From assembly GCA_965226205.1 (NCBI GenBank), contig CBDDCJ010000023.1, forward strand, positions 151,901 through 215,900: a stretch of 64,000 bases of DNA. The letters are read 5' to 3'. Below are positions 1 to 9,706 of this stretch, in pieces. The notes under the pieces were generated by a model that had not been told where the DNA came from, made no database searches, and saw only the letters and a program-made list of their open reading frames with translations. The number at the start of each line of letters is the position of its first letter. Positions within the stretch are counted from its first letter, which is position 1. The stretch comes from Opitutales bacterium. Its GTDB lineage: Bacteria; Verrucomicrobiota; Verrucomicrobiia; Opitutales; UBA2987. Position numbers and translations under genes: made by a program.

Positions 1-366
1 GGCGTTGGCCAAATCATTATTACGGACCGCCGGCACACCCACCAGGGGATTGAGGATGGCGGTTTTAATATTCCAGGTATCGAGCAGTTGTTCTCTGGAA
101 AATGCCGGATCGGTTCCGGGCGCATTTCCATCGGGCGTCCAGGCATCGCGCCGGGCGGCTCTTTCATATACTTTGGGATAAAGAGAGACTCCCGGCAAAG
201 GCATTCCCGATTGGCGGATATAGGCTTTCCAACGGGATGACAGGAAAGGAAAAAAGTCCTCCATGCAAGCGGGATAATTGTGCACATCGGCATCTATGAT
301 GATGGCCGCCGCCGCGGTTTGAGCGGGTTCTGGCTGGGTTGAGGATGTGGCGATTGGCGAAGACAT
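1..366 (-). CDS. Amidohydrolase family protein (amidohydro_2-like), 5' part only; runs off the left edge
   Basis: Not in the ORF track because there is no stop in the window. Manual translation from ATG at 366 is open to base 1: MSSPIATSS...IIIDADVHNYP...RWKAYIRQSG...GTDPAFSREQLLDTWNIKTAILNP. IIDADVH is the metal-binding start of the TIM barrel. Confidence 0.8.
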   Translation of the reverse strand, partial: MSSPIATSSTQPEPAQTAAAAIIIDADVHNYPACMEDFFPFLSSRWKAYIRQSGMPLPGVSLYPKVYERAARRDAWTPDGNAPGTDPAFSREQLLDTWNIKTAILNPLVGVPAVRNNDLANA

Positions 367-430
367 GCTGCGGTAATGAAGATGAGAGGAAGAAACAGGA
401 ATGATGCCGGCAACGCAAACCATTAAAGAG

Positions 431-462
431 TTGACACTTCCGGCACCCGGCAAGTACTTGCC
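431..462 (+). promoter_or_regulatory. Putative sigma70 -35 box (TTGACA) with a perfect 14-bp palindrome over the expected -10 region, upstream of acs
   Basis: TTGACA at 431-436; GGCAAGTACTTGCC at 449-462 is self-complementary; lies in the divergent amidohydrolase/acs intergenic region. Confidence 0.35.
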
Positions 463-567
463 TCTTTGCTTTGAGACTCTATTCAAACGAGGTTAGAACA
501 CCAGGGAAGACAATCCATAAAGTGAACCTTGGACTCTTAATAAAAGGTTATAACACAAAAAATTAAA

Positions 568-2553
568 ATGACTGAGGAAAGCCAATCCATCTCTTCACTG
601 ATGATCGAATCGAGGACGTTTCCTCCACCTTCCAATATTACCGAAAAAGCGCATATTAAATCGCAGGAGCAATACCTCGATATGTATAATCGCTCCGTGC
701 GTGATTCGGATGGTTTCTGGCTCGAACAGGCTGAGAACCTTTCCTGGTTTAAAAAACCGGCCCAGGCGCGCCGGCAAACCTGGAACACCGGGCAGCGCCA
801 GATCGAGCATACCTGGTTTGCCGACGGGAAGCTGAATGTTTCCCATAATTGCCTGGACCGGCACCTGGGTACGCCCACCGCCCAAAAAACCGCCATCATC
901 TGGCAGGGAGAACCGGAGGAGGAAACCCGCCATATTTCCTATCAGGAACTGCATGGGGAAGTCTGCAAATTCGCCAATGTCCTCAAGTCCCTCCAGATTG
1001 GCAAAGGGGACCGGGTCTGCATTTACCTTCCCATGATCCCGGAACTCCCCGTGGCCATGCTGGCCTGCGCCCGCCTCGGGGCCATCCACTCGGTCGTCTT
1101 CGGGGGCTTCAGCGCCGACGCCCTGCGCGGGCGCATCAACGACTCCGACTGCAAACTGCTCATCACCGCCAATGTCTCCCTGCGAGCGGGCAAGCATATC
1201 CACCTCAAGGATATTTCCGATGAAGCCCTCCAGGACACCCCATCGATTGAAAAAGTGGTCCTCGTCAGGCGCAATGAAGAACCGTGCCAATTCATCGAGG
1301 GCCGCGATCTGTGGTATCATGATTTGATGGCGGACGCCTCGGACCAGTGCGAAGCCGCCTCCCTCCAGGCGGAGGACAAGCTTTTTATTCTCTACACCTC
1401 TGGATCGACCGGCAAACCCAAGGGTGTCGTGCATACCACGGCGGGCTATTTGCTCTATGCTTCCATTACCCACAAATATATCTTCGATCTGCACGATGAC
1501 GATATTTACTGGTGCACCGCGGACATCGGCTGGGTCACCGGGCACAGCTATATCGTTTACGGACCGCTGGCCAACGGGGCCACCACGCTCATGTTCGAGG
1601 GCGTGCCCACCTACCCCGACGCGGGCCGTTTTTGGCAAATCGTGGAAAAATACAAGGTGAGCATTTTCTACACCGCGCCGACCGCCATCCGGGCCCTCAT
1701 CCGCCTAGGTAACGAGTGGCCGGCCAAGCATAATCTGGATTCGCTCCGCATCCTCGGCACGGTGGGCGAGCCGATCAACCCGGAAGCCTGGATTTGGTAC
1801 CATGAGCAGATCGGCAAGACCCGCTGCCCCATCGTGGATACCTGGTGGCAAACGGAAACGGGAGGCGTTCTCATAACGCCTTTGCCGGGAGCGCACACCA
1901 CCAAACCGGGAAGCGCCTGCCGCCCCTTTTTCGGGATCGAACCGGCCATCCTGCGCGACGACGGTTCCGAATGCGATGTCAACGAAGGCGGCAAGCTCAT
2001 TATCAAGAATTCCTGGCCCGGAATGATGCGGACCAACTGGGGCGATCACGACCGTTTTATCGACACCTATTTCACGATGTACAACGATGTCTATACCACC
2101 GGCGACGGCTGCCGGGTGGACGAGGATGGCGATTACTGGCTGATGGGCCGAATCGATGACGTGGTCAATGTCTCCGGCCACCGCATAGGCACGGCGGAGG
2201 TGGAAAGCGCCCTTGTCAGCCATACCAAAGTGGCCGAGGCGGCGGTCGCACCCATGCCTCACGAGATCAAGGGACAGGGCCTCTACGCCTACGTCACCCT
2301 GGTGGAAGGAGTGGCCGAAAGCGAAGAGTTGAAAAAAGAGCTTGTCCTGCACGTGCGCAAAGAAATCGGCCCCATCGCGGCGCCCGACAAAATACAATTC
2401 ACGGACGCCCTACCCAAGACGCGCTCGGGCAAGATCATGCGGCGGATATTGCGAAAAATCGCCGAAGGAACGGTGGACAGCGAATCCCTGGGCGACATCT
2501 CCACCCTGGCCGACCCATCCACGGTCAATCAACTGGTCAAGGGCCGCCAATAA
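568..2553 (+). CDS. acs: Acetyl-CoA synthetase (acetate--CoA ligase)
   Basis: 661 aa; AMP-binding [44 protein letters not shown], and [11 protein letters not shown] with the acetylatable Lys. Confidence 0.97.
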   Translation: MTEESQSISSLMIESRTFPPPSNITEKAHIKSQEQYLDMYNRSVRDSDGFWLEQAENLSWFKKPAQARRQTWNTGQRQIEHTWFADGKLNVSHNCLDRHLGTPTAQKTAIIWQGEPEEETRHISYQELHGEVCKFANVLKSLQIGKGDRVCIYLPMIPELPVAMLACARLGAIHSVVFGGFSADALRGRINDSDCKLLITANVSLRAGKHIHLKDISDEALQDTPSIEKVVLVRRNEEPCQFIEGRDLWYHDLMADASDQCEAASLQAEDKLFILYTSGSTGKPKGVVHTTAGYLLYASITHKYIFDLHDDDIYWCTADIGWVTGHSYIVYGPLANGATTLMFEGVPTYPDAGRFWQIVEKYKVSIFYTAPTAIRALIRLGNEWPAKHNLDSLRILGTVGEPINPEAWIWYHEQIGKTRCPIVDTWWQTETGGVLITPLPGAHTTKPGSACRPFFGIEPAILRDDGSECDVNEGGKLIIKNSWPGMMRTNWGDHDRFIDTYFTMYNDVYTTGDGCRVDEDGDYWLMGRIDDVVNVSGHRIGTAEVESALVSHTKVAEAAVAPMPHEIKGQGLYAYVTLVEGVAESEELKKELVLHVRKEIGPIAAPDKIQFTDALPKTRSGKIMRRILRKIAEGTVDSESLGDISTLADPSTVNQLVKGRQ

Positions 2554-2577
2554 GAAAGACAGGCAGCCCAAAGGACA

Positions 2578-3648
2578 TTGGACACCGAACTGCTGGATTT
2601 TGACTTGCCGGAGGCGTGCATCGCGCAAACCCCGGCCTCGCGGCGTGACGATGCCAGGTTGTTGCTCGTCAACCGCCAAAACGGCCGCCTGGAACACCAT
2701 ATTTTTCGGGACTTGCCGGATTTATTGCCGGATGGCGGGCGGTTGTTCCGCAATAACGTGAAGGTCATCAAAGCCCGGCTGAGGGGCCGCAGACCGACCG
2801 GCGGAGAGGTGGAATGCCTGCTCCTTCATCCTGCCATCGGCAGGCCGAACCAATGGTGGTGCCTATTGAAGCCCGGCCGCAGGCTCAAACCGGGTTCCAC
2901 TTTCGGGTGCGAGGGCCAATATTCGGCCAGGGTGATGGCCAAATCGGATTCCGGCCAATACCGGGTTGGGTTTAATCTGGCAAACTCTGAAAGCATCTTG
3001 CAACTGACCCGACTAATGGGGGAAATGCCCCTGCCGCCCTATATTCGCCGCCAGAAACCCAATCCACTGGACTCGGAGCGTTACCAGACGGTCTATGCCC
3101 ATCCCGGGAAAGAGCTGGCGGCAGCGGCGCCCACCGCGGGCCTGCATTTCAGCCCCGAATTGATCGACCGTTTGGAGCGGCGGGGATTCTCTTTTCATGA
3201 CCTCACCCTGCAAATCGGGCTGGATACTTTTCAACTGGTGCAATGCGAAAAAATCGAAGACCACCCCATCCACAAGGAGAGTTATGAAATCCCAGGGTCC
3301 ACCTTATCAGCCCTCCAGCCCACTCCGGGGGCGGCCAGGATTGCCGTCGGCACCACTTCGGTCCGTGCCCTGGAGCACTCTTGGACCCATCGGCAGGCAA
3401 TTCCCGAAGTCGAGGAGACTTTCCGCTCGGAAGCCGATCTGTTGATTTTTCCGCCCTATCGGTTTAAGGTCGCCGATGCCCTATTGACCAATTTTCACCT
3501 GCCGCGATCAACCCTCCTTTGCCTCGTATCGGCTTTTCTCACACCGGGGGAGGCCACCGGCATTAAATGGTTGAAAGCCATCTATGGTGAAGCTATCTCG
3601 TTGGGTTACCGGTTTTTCAGCTACGGGGACGCCATGCTCATTCTATGA
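2578..3648 (+). CDS. queA: S-adenosylmethionine:tRNA ribosyltransferase-isomerase
   Basis: TTG start; LPPYI, RYQTVYA, AAPTAGLHF, AVGTTSVRALE, TNFHLPRSTL, YRFFSYGDAMLI. Confidence 0.96.
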   Translation: MDTELLDFDLPEACIAQTPASRRDDARLLLVNRQNGRLEHHIFRDLPDLLPDGGRLFRNNVKVIKARLRGRRPTGGEVECLLLHPAIGRPNQWWCLLKPGRRLKPGSTFGCEGQYSARVMAKSDSGQYRVGFNLANSESILQLTRLMGEMPLPPYIRRQKPNPLDSERYQTVYAHPGKELAAAAPTAGLHFSPELIDRLERRGFSFHDLTLQIGLDTFQLVQCEKIEDHPIHKESYEIPGSTLSALQPTPGAARIAVGTTSVRALEHSWTHRQAIPEVEETFRSEADLLIFPPYRFKVADALLTNFHLPRSTLLCLVSAFLTPGEATGIKWLKAIYGEAISLGYRFFSYGDAMLIL

Positions 3649-3679
3649 ATCAGCCATTGAATTACATTTTGCCAATGCA

Positions 3680-3707
3680 GGCAACATTGACCGGGAATAA
3701 AGTCTAA
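3680..3707 (+). promoter_or_regulatory. Putative ECF-sigma autoregulatory promoter
   Basis: GGCAAC (3680-3685), 16-nt spacer, GTCTAA (3702-3707), directly upstream of the ECF sigma gene; resembles the GGAAC-N16/17-GTC ECF consensus. Confidence 0.4.
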
Positions 3708-3709
3708 AA

Positions 3710-4237
3710 ATGGATGCTCCCAAACAGGTAAACCCACATTTGGATTTTAACGAACTGGTGAAAAATTATTATACGCCGCTCTTCCGTTTTGCCTACAGCC
3801 TGGCCGGAAATGAGGACGACGCCTGCGATCTTACCCAGCAGACGTTCTACATCTGGGCCACGAAGGGGTCTTCCCTGCGGGATGCCTCCAAGGTGAAGTC
3901 TTGGCTTTTTACCTCGCTCTACCGCGAGTTCCTGAGGGTGCGCCGCCGGGGCAGAAACATGATCTCTTACGAACCCGAACTGCTGGAATCTGAAATGCCC
4001 GCCGTGACGCCCGATTACGTGTCTTCGCTCGATGCCGTCGGGGCCGTCAAAGCGCTCGCCGAGGTGGATGAAATTTACCGCGCGCCGATAACATTGTTTT
4101 ACCTCAAAGACTTGTCCTACAAAGAGATAGCGGCAGCTTTGGAATTGCCCATCGGCACCGTCATGTCCCGCCTCTCAAGGGGCAAGGCGCAATTGAAAGA
4201 AATTTTGTTAGGCAAAGAAAAGGGGTTAAAAGTTTGA
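3710..4237 (+). CDS. ECF RNA polymerase sigma factor (RpoE-like)
   Basis: 175 aa; region 2 (DACDLTQQTF, KSWLFT) and region 4 (LSYKEIAAALELPIGTVMSRLSRGK). Confidence 0.93.
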   Translation: MDAPKQVNPHLDFNELVKNYYTPLFRFAYSLAGNEDDACDLTQQTFYIWATKGSSLRDASKVKSWLFTSLYREFLRVRRRGRNMISYEPELLESEMPAVTPDYVSSLDAVGAVKALAEVDEIYRAPITLFYLKDLSYKEIAAALELPIGTVMSRLSRGKAQLKEILLGKEKGLKV

Positions 4238-5025
4238 TGGATAAAAACGAAGCCAGAGAAATCCTGCGGGCCTATCGAGCCGATCTTTTCGAAATGGACG
4301 ACCCGGATATCAAGGAGGCCCTGCGCATGGCCGCGGAAGATCCGCAATTGCAGGCTTTGCTGAAAGAAGAACAAGCCTTCGACCGCGCCTTCTCGGAAGT
4401 ATTGAAGGATATCGAACCGCCGTCCGATTTGATGGAAAAGATTTTAAGCGGGGCGCCAGCCGCTGCCGAAACCCAAACGAAACAAGCCAAAATTATCTGG
4501 TGGAGACATCCCGGGACATGGGCGGCGGCCGCTTGTTTAACGGCTCTCCTGGTAGTGGCGGCGGTTTTCACCCAAAACAAATCAATACCGCCCCCCGGCG
4601 GGGAGATTGCCCTGTTGGATAATTTTGCCCGGGCCGCGGCCATGCATTCGCCCACCATTCGGACTCTGGATTTTGGAGACACCAAAATCGATGACCTGAA
4701 CACATTCCTGATCAAAGAAGGAGCGCCCAACCCGCATCGGCACCCCCACCCCCAGAGGCTTCCGGAAAATATGGATCAGTTGTCCGGATTGGGATGTTTA
4801 ACCTTTAATTGGGAAAATTCCCAAGTCGGCGTTCTCTGCCTCAAAGGCAGCAAATTTTACAATTTATACGTGCTCAACCGGGAGGGAATCGACTCCCAAC
4901 GCAATCAAAAAAAACCGGCCTACAAGCAATTCGGCGATTACGCCACGGCCCTCTGGATGGAGGGCAACCTGATCTACGTATTGACAGTTGAAGGCAAAAC
5001 GGAAGACTTGAGCCCGCTGCTTTAG
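4234..5025 (+). CDS. Membrane-bound anti-sigma factor (DUF3379-like)
   Basis: Overlaps the sigma stop; soluble N-terminal domain, one TM helix (WAAAACLTALLVVAAVF), extracytoplasmic C-terminal domain. Confidence 0.75.
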   Translation: MMDKNEAREILRAYRADLFEMDDPDIKEALRMAAEDPQLQALLKEEQAFDRAFSEVLKDIEPPSDLMEKILSGAPAAAETQTKQAKIIWWRHPGTWAAAACLTALLVVAAVFTQNKSIPPPGGEIALLDNFARAAAMHSPTIRTLDFGDTKIDDLNTFLIKEGAPNPHRHPHPQRLPENMDQLSGLGCLTFNWENSQVGVLCLKGSKFYNLYVLNREGIDSQRNQKKPAYKQFGDYATALWMEGNLIYVLTVEGKTEDLSPLL

Positions 5026-5091
5026 ATTGATTGACAGCGCCGCTATATTAAGGAATCTTTTTTTTCTAAACAAAAAAACAAGGAATCCACC

Positions 5092-5688
5092 ATGAAATTG
5101 CCTACCTGGAAAATATCCCTACCCCTTTGCTTTGCCGCCACCGCCCTTCTTTGCGGGTCCGCGCAGGCTGCTGTCGATACCTACAAACTCGATCCTACGC
5201 ATTCCAGTATTTCTTTCCGTGTGCGCCATTTTTTCAGCCCCGTGCCGGGAAATTTCTCTAATTTTGAAGGGACCATCCTCTACGATCCCGATAATCCGGC
5301 CAACAACAGCGCCACGGCGATCATCCATGTCAACAGCGTCGATACCAACGAAGATAAAAGAGACAAGCATTTGCGCTCGGATGATTTTTTTCACGTCCTG
5401 ACCCATCCCACCATGACTTTTACGAGCACAAGCTGGGAACCCGCCGGGGAAAACAAGTTCAAAGTAACGGGGGACCTGACCATCTTCGAAACCACCAAAT
5501 CCATCGTTCTGGACGTGACTCTCCTGGGCGCAGGCGAGGTGGGCCAGGGCGACAGAAAAAAATACATCAGCGGGTGGACGGCCACCGCTTCCCTCAAACG
5601 CACCGAATTCGGAATTGATTACGGTTTGCTCTCAATGATCGGTGACGATGTTTCCATTGAAATCACGGTGGAAGCGGTCCGCCAATAA
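5092..5688 (+). CDS. YceI family periplasmic lipid/polyisoprenoid-binding protein
   Basis: Signal peptide ending AQA; YKLDPTHSSISFRVRH, SVDTNEDKRDKHLRSDDFF, RTEFGI. Confidence 0.93.
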   Translation: MKLPTWKISLPLCFAATALLCGSAQAAVDTYKLDPTHSSISFRVRHFFSPVPGNFSNFEGTILYDPDNPANNSATAIIHVNSVDTNEDKRDKHLRSDDFFHVLTHPTMTFTSTSWEPAGENKFKVTGDLTIFETTKSIVLDVTLLGAGEVGQGDRKKYISGWTATASLKRTEFGIDYGLLSMIGDDVSIEITVEAVRQ

Positions 5689-5690
5689 AA

Positions 5691-5711
5691 CACCGACCAC
5701 CGGCCACCGGC
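5691..5711. repeat. Heptamer tandem repeat CACCG(A/G)C x3
   Basis: CACCGAC CACCGGC CACCGGC immediately after the YceI stop codon. Confidence 0.6.
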
Positions 5712-5773
5712 TCGCCATCCGGGAGAAATCTCCGCGATTGCCGGACGCTCATCCGCGCGGGATTTGAATTGGA

Positions 5774-6433
5774 ATGCCGGAAAATTTCGCCATTAGCATT
5801 AGCATCATCATGCCGACGCATAACGAGGCGGCCTCGCTCCCTCATGCTTTAAGCAGCCTGTCGGGCGAAAACGTGAAGGTGGAAATCCTGGTGGTCGATG
5901 GCGGCAGTTCCGACCAAACCCAGAACCTGGCCAGTGAGGCCGGGGCCCGCCTGCTTATCTCCCCCCTGCGCCAGCGGGCGGCGCAAATGAATATGGGGGC
6001 TCGCGCCGCCTGCGGAGAAATCCTCTTGTTTCTACACGCCGACACCCGTCTTCCGGCCCACGCCCTGGAAAAAATTCATTCCTGCATGGCCAAAACTGAA
6101 ACGGTGGGCGGCGCCTTTTGCCGGCGTTTTGACCACCCCTCGTTATTCCTGAAATTGACCTGCCTGCTGGCCGATTTAAGACTGCGTTTATTCGGCTGGA
6201 GCTTTGGCGACCAAGGCATATTCGTCCGAAAATCCATCTTCGAGGAATTGGGCGGATTTCCAGAAATCGAACTCTTCGAAGATTTGGAATTTTCCCGCCG
6301 CCTGGCCCAAAGAGGCAATACGGCCATCCTCAGCCCCCCCATCCTGACCTCGGGCCGCCGCTTTGGCCGAAACCCCGTCCGCAAAACACTTCAGGACCTC
6401 ATTTTAACCTGGAAATACCTCAGAAAATCCTGA
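5774..6433 (+). CDS. GT2 glycosyltransferase, TIGR04283-like (rSAM/selenodomain- or arsenosugar-associated)
   Basis: ISIIMPTHNEA, VVDGGSSD, RAAQMNMGA, LLFLHADT, FGDQGIFV, GGFPEIELFEDLEF. Confidence 0.85.
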   Translation: MPENFAISISIIMPTHNEAASLPHALSSLSGENVKVEILVVDGGSSDQTQNLASEAGARLLISPLRQRAAQMNMGARAACGEILLFLHADTRLPAHALEKIHSCMAKTETVGGAFCRRFDHPSLFLKLTCLLADLRLRLFGWSFGDQGIFVRKSIFEELGGFPEIELFEDLEFSRRLAQRGNTAILSPPILTSGRRFGRNPVRKTLQDLILTWKYLRKS

Positions 6434-6523
6434 GCGACGGAATCCAGCATCCTTCCATGTAAGGAAACCGTCAGGCGTTCGACCAATATTAAAAATTGAA
6501 TTTAACTCACCACCTCGATCAAT

Positions 6524-8008
6524 ATGAAACCGGAAAAAGGCAAAGGAATCTATAATGTCATCGCCATCGGCGCAGGCACAGCGGGTCTGGTGACCACTTC
6601 AGCCATTGCCGGGATGGGGGGAAGAGCCGCCCTCATCGAAAAACACAAAATGGGGGGCGATTGCCTCAACTACGGCTGCGTTCCGAGCAAGGCTCTCATT
6701 TCATCGGCGCGCGCCATTCAGAATATTCGGCAAAGTGAACGTTGGGGACTGGAAAAGCAGGAACCGGTTTTCGAATTCAACAAAGTATTCGAGCGCATGA
6801 GAGAGCGCCGGGCGTTGATCGAGCCAAACGATTCCGTGGAGCGCTACGAAAGCCTGGGAGTGGATGTGTTCGAGGGGGAGGCGCGTTTTATCTCCCCGTA
6901 TGAAGTGGAGGTAAACGGCCAGGTATTGAAGGCCAGAAATTTTGTCATCGCAGCGGGGAGCCGGGCCGGGATTCCGCCCATCGAGGGCATCGAACAAGTC
7001 CCCTATTTCACCAACGAAAATCTTTTTGACCACCTGAATGAAAAACCTGAGAGCATGATAGTGGTCGGCGGGGGCCCCATCGGCTGCGAACTGGGTCAGG
7101 TTATGAACCGTTTGGGCGTAAAAGTGCACCTGGTGCAGCGGCCTTCCCAAATCCTCGTGCACGAAGACCCGGAGGTGAGCCATTTCCTGCGCCAGCGCTT
7201 CACCGAGGAAGGTTTAATCATCCACTCGGGAGTGGAGACCCGGAAAGTTTACCTCGAAAACGGAAAAATTTACCTCGAACTCACCTCTACAGGTAGCCAG
7301 GAAGGTGAAAATAGTCAGCCCGAAACGGTGGTGTCCGACGCCATGCTGATAGCCGCTGGGCGCATTCCCAATATCGAAAAACTCAACCTGGAAGCGGCCC
7401 AAATCGATTTCAACCGGCGGGGAATCATCGTCAACAAAAACCTGCAAACCTCTCAACCCCACATCTATGCGGCGGGCGACATCGTGGGACCCTACCAATT
7501 CACCCACATGGCCGACCATCATGCCCGCACCGTCGTGGGCAACATTGTCAAAAGCCTCGTTCCCCTGCCGCTGCCCAGGAGCAGGGTGGATTACTCCGTA
7601 GTCCCCTGGGCCACCTACACCAGCCCGGAAGTGGCCAGGGTGGGCCTCAACGAGACCGACGCCAAAAAGGAAAACATCCCCTACGATCTCTATACGCAGC
7701 AAATGAACGAGGTGGACCGGGCCATCCTGGAATCCGCCGATGAGGGTTTTGTCAAAGTTTTGACGGCCAAAGGTTCTGATAAAATTCTCGGCGTGACCAT
7801 CGTGGCGGAACATGCCGGCGATCTCCTGCACGAGTTCGTTCTCGCCATGAAGCACGGCATCGGCCTGGGAAAAATTGGCAACACCATACACGCCTACCCC
7901 ACCTTTGCGGAGGCGGCCCGCAAGCTGGGCGACAGCTACAACCGAACGCGTCTGACGGCCAGAGCCAAATCCATTTTCACCTGGCTGTTCCAACGGCAGG
8001 TCCATTGA
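6524..8008 (+). CDS. Class I pyridine nucleotide-disulfide oxidoreductase (dihydrolipoamide dehydrogenase/mercuric reductase-like)
   Basis: GAGTAG FAD motif, redox disulfide GGDCLNYGCVPSK, GGGPIGCE NAD motif, IYAAGD, IHAYPT; no HMA domain and no C-terminal Cys-Cys. Confidence 0.88.
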   Translation: MKPEKGKGIYNVIAIGAGTAGLVTTSAIAGMGGRAALIEKHKMGGDCLNYGCVPSKALISSARAIQNIRQSERWGLEKQEPVFEFNKVFERMRERRALIEPNDSVERYESLGVDVFEGEARFISPYEVEVNGQVLKARNFVIAAGSRAGIPPIEGIEQVPYFTNENLFDHLNEKPESMIVVGGGPIGCELGQVMNRLGVKVHLVQRPSQILVHEDPEVSHFLRQRFTEEGLIIHSGVETRKVYLENGKIYLELTSTGSQEGENSQPETVVSDAMLIAAGRIPNIEKLNLEAAQIDFNRRGIIVNKNLQTSQPHIYAAGDIVGPYQFTHMADHHARTVVGNIVKSLVPLPLPRSRVDYSVVPWATYTSPEVARVGLNETDAKKENIPYDLYTQQMNEVDRAILESADEGFVKVLTAKGSDKILGVTIVAEHAGDLLHEFVLAMKHGIGLGKIGNTIHAYPTFAEAARKLGDSYNRTRLTARAKSIFTWLFQRQVH

Positions 8009-8787
8009 CAAAACAGCTGACGATGCCGCCCCAAAGAATAAACCACACGCTTTTGCGATGGATCGGCCTATGCGTCACAATAGCCCTGTGCCTGGCTGGA
8101 GGGATCGAATTGCTGGCCCAAACGGGAGCGGAAACTCCCGCCGCACCAACTGAATCCGGCCGGGTAGAGGCATTTTACGCCTGGATCGAAAGCCTGGGCG
8201 TCGCCGGTTACGGCGTTTATGCGGCCAGCTACGTATTGGCCACGGTATTTTTCTTTCCCGGCTCCATCTTGACCATCGGCGCCGGTCTGGTCTTTGGCGT
8301 TATCAAGGGATCGATTCTGGTATCGCTCAGCTCGGTCACGGGGGCGGCCCTGGCTTTTCTGGTGGCCCGTTATGTGGCCCGCGAGAGGATCGAAAACAGG
8401 TTTGGAAAAAACCGGAAATTCGCGGCCATCGATAAAGCTATCGGGCGGGAGGGATGCAAAATCGTTTTTCTCTTGAGGCTCACCCCTCTGCTGCCCTTCA
8501 ACCTCAGCAATTACCTTTATGGCCTGACTTCTGTGGCCTTTTGGCCCTACGTGCTGGCCAGTTGGGCCGGCATGATTCCAGGCACTTTTTTGTTTGTTTA
8601 CATAGGATCGCTGGGTAAAACCGCGGCCGAAGCGGCGGCGGGCGGGGCCGATACCGGAAAGCTGGCGCTCAATGCGATTGCCTTTCTGGCCACCATCGCG
8701 GTTACTGTATATGTGACCAAAATTGCCCGGAAAGCTCTCCGGGATGCCAACCTGGAACCAGAACCCGGCACGGTGAACGTTTCCTGA
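8005..8787 (+). CDS. TVP38/TMEM64 (DedA/SNARE-associated) family membrane protein
   Basis: FFPGSILTIGAGLVFG, LLRLTPLLPFNLSNYLYGLT, GMIPGT; several TM helices. True start may be ATG 8023. Confidence 0.9.
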   Translation: MTKQLTMPPQRINHTLLRWIGLCVTIALCLAGGIELLAQTGAETPAAPTESGRVEAFYAWIESLGVAGYGVYAASYVLATVFFFPGSILTIGAGLVFGVIKGSILVSLSSVTGAALAFLVARYVARERIENRFGKNRKFAAIDKAIGREGCKIVFLLRLTPLLPFNLSNYLYGLTSVAFWPYVLASWAGMIPGTFLFVYIGSLGKTAAEAAAGGADTGKLALNAIAFLATIAVTVYVTKIARKALRDANLEPEPGTVNVS

Positions 8788-8793
8788 TTTCCT

Positions 8794-9594
8794 ATGCGAT
8801 TCTTCATTAATTTTCTATTGATTGCCGGATTCTGCGCCGGGGCCGATTACTTGCGCCCCTCGGCGCCATCGGGGATCGATCACTCCCGTTACGAGGAGCT
8901 TTTGCAAAAATATGTCAATGCCCGCGGTCTGGTTGATTACGGAGCCTGGAAGGCCGACCGGAAAGACATGGAGAGGCTAAATCAATACCTCGAACAATTC
9001 GCTACCGCGCCCGGCCCGAAAATCCCGATCGGGGAAGAGGCCGCTTCGCTAATCAACGCCTATAACGCCTTTACCATCAAAGCGATACTGGAAAAATACC
9101 CTGTCGAGAGCATTTTACGCGTAAAGGGTATCTGGTCCTCGCGCCGGCATCTGGTGGGAGGGATGCGGGTTTCCCTGGACGATATCGAAAAGGGCGCCTT
9201 GATTCCGCTCATCGGATGGAAAGTGCACGCCGTGGTCGTTTGCGCGGCCCGCAGTTGCCCGCCATTGCAGAAATTTGCTTATAAATCCGAGAATCTGGAT
9301 GAGCGGATCGAGGCGGTTTACCGGACCTGGCTTTCCAGGGTTGATCTCAACCGGTTTTCCCCAACGGAAAAGCGGGCCGAAATTTCCCGGATTTTTAAAT
9401 GGTACAGTGAAGACTTCGCGGCCGGCGGGGGCATCAAATCCATCTTGCGCAGGCATGCCCCGAATCGGCATAAACCGTTTTTGGCGGCAGGAGATTTCAA
9501 GATCGTATATTCTAAATATAACTGGGGCCTGAACGATCAGGGCGGCCAGGGGGAAAACTACAAAGGCAGCCTGCTGGACATCATCAGCAATTAG
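8794..9594 (+). CDS. DUF547 domain secreted protein
   Basis: Signal peptide; GLVDY, LINAYNAFTI, SLDDIE, VHAVVVCAARSCPPL, ISRIFKWYSEDF, YNWGLN. Confidence 0.88.
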   Translation: MRFFINFLLIAGFCAGADYLRPSAPSGIDHSRYEELLQKYVNARGLVDYGAWKADRKDMERLNQYLEQFATAPGPKIPIGEEAASLINAYNAFTIKAILEKYPVESILRVKGIWSSRRHLVGGMRVSLDDIEKGALIPLIGWKVHAVVVCAARSCPPLQKFAYKSENLDERIEAVYRTWLSRVDLNRFSPTEKRAEISRIFKWYSEDFAAGGGIKSILRRHAPNRHKPFLAAGDFKIVYSKYNWGLNDQGGQGENYKGSLLDIISN

Positions 9595-9706
9595 CGCTAA
9601 CCGGCAATCCGTTCGCGTTTGGTTTTACAAAATTTGGTTACAAGATGATCGGAAGCATCGTTTCGGTCTTGCCTGGAATCTGGATGCGGCTATTAAAAAC
9701 AACAGC

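Noticed and set aside
595-1638. Long antisense ORFs (also 1705-2397, 7214-8011, 26445-27431, 47308-48312, 54574-55830 and others)
   Set aside because: They lie entirely opposite well-supported genes, have no recognisable motifs, and are expected shadows in GC-rich coding DNA.
6524-8008. Mercuric reductase (merA)
   Set aside because: No N-terminal HMA domain, no C-terminal Cys-Cys pair, and no merR/merT/merP nearby.
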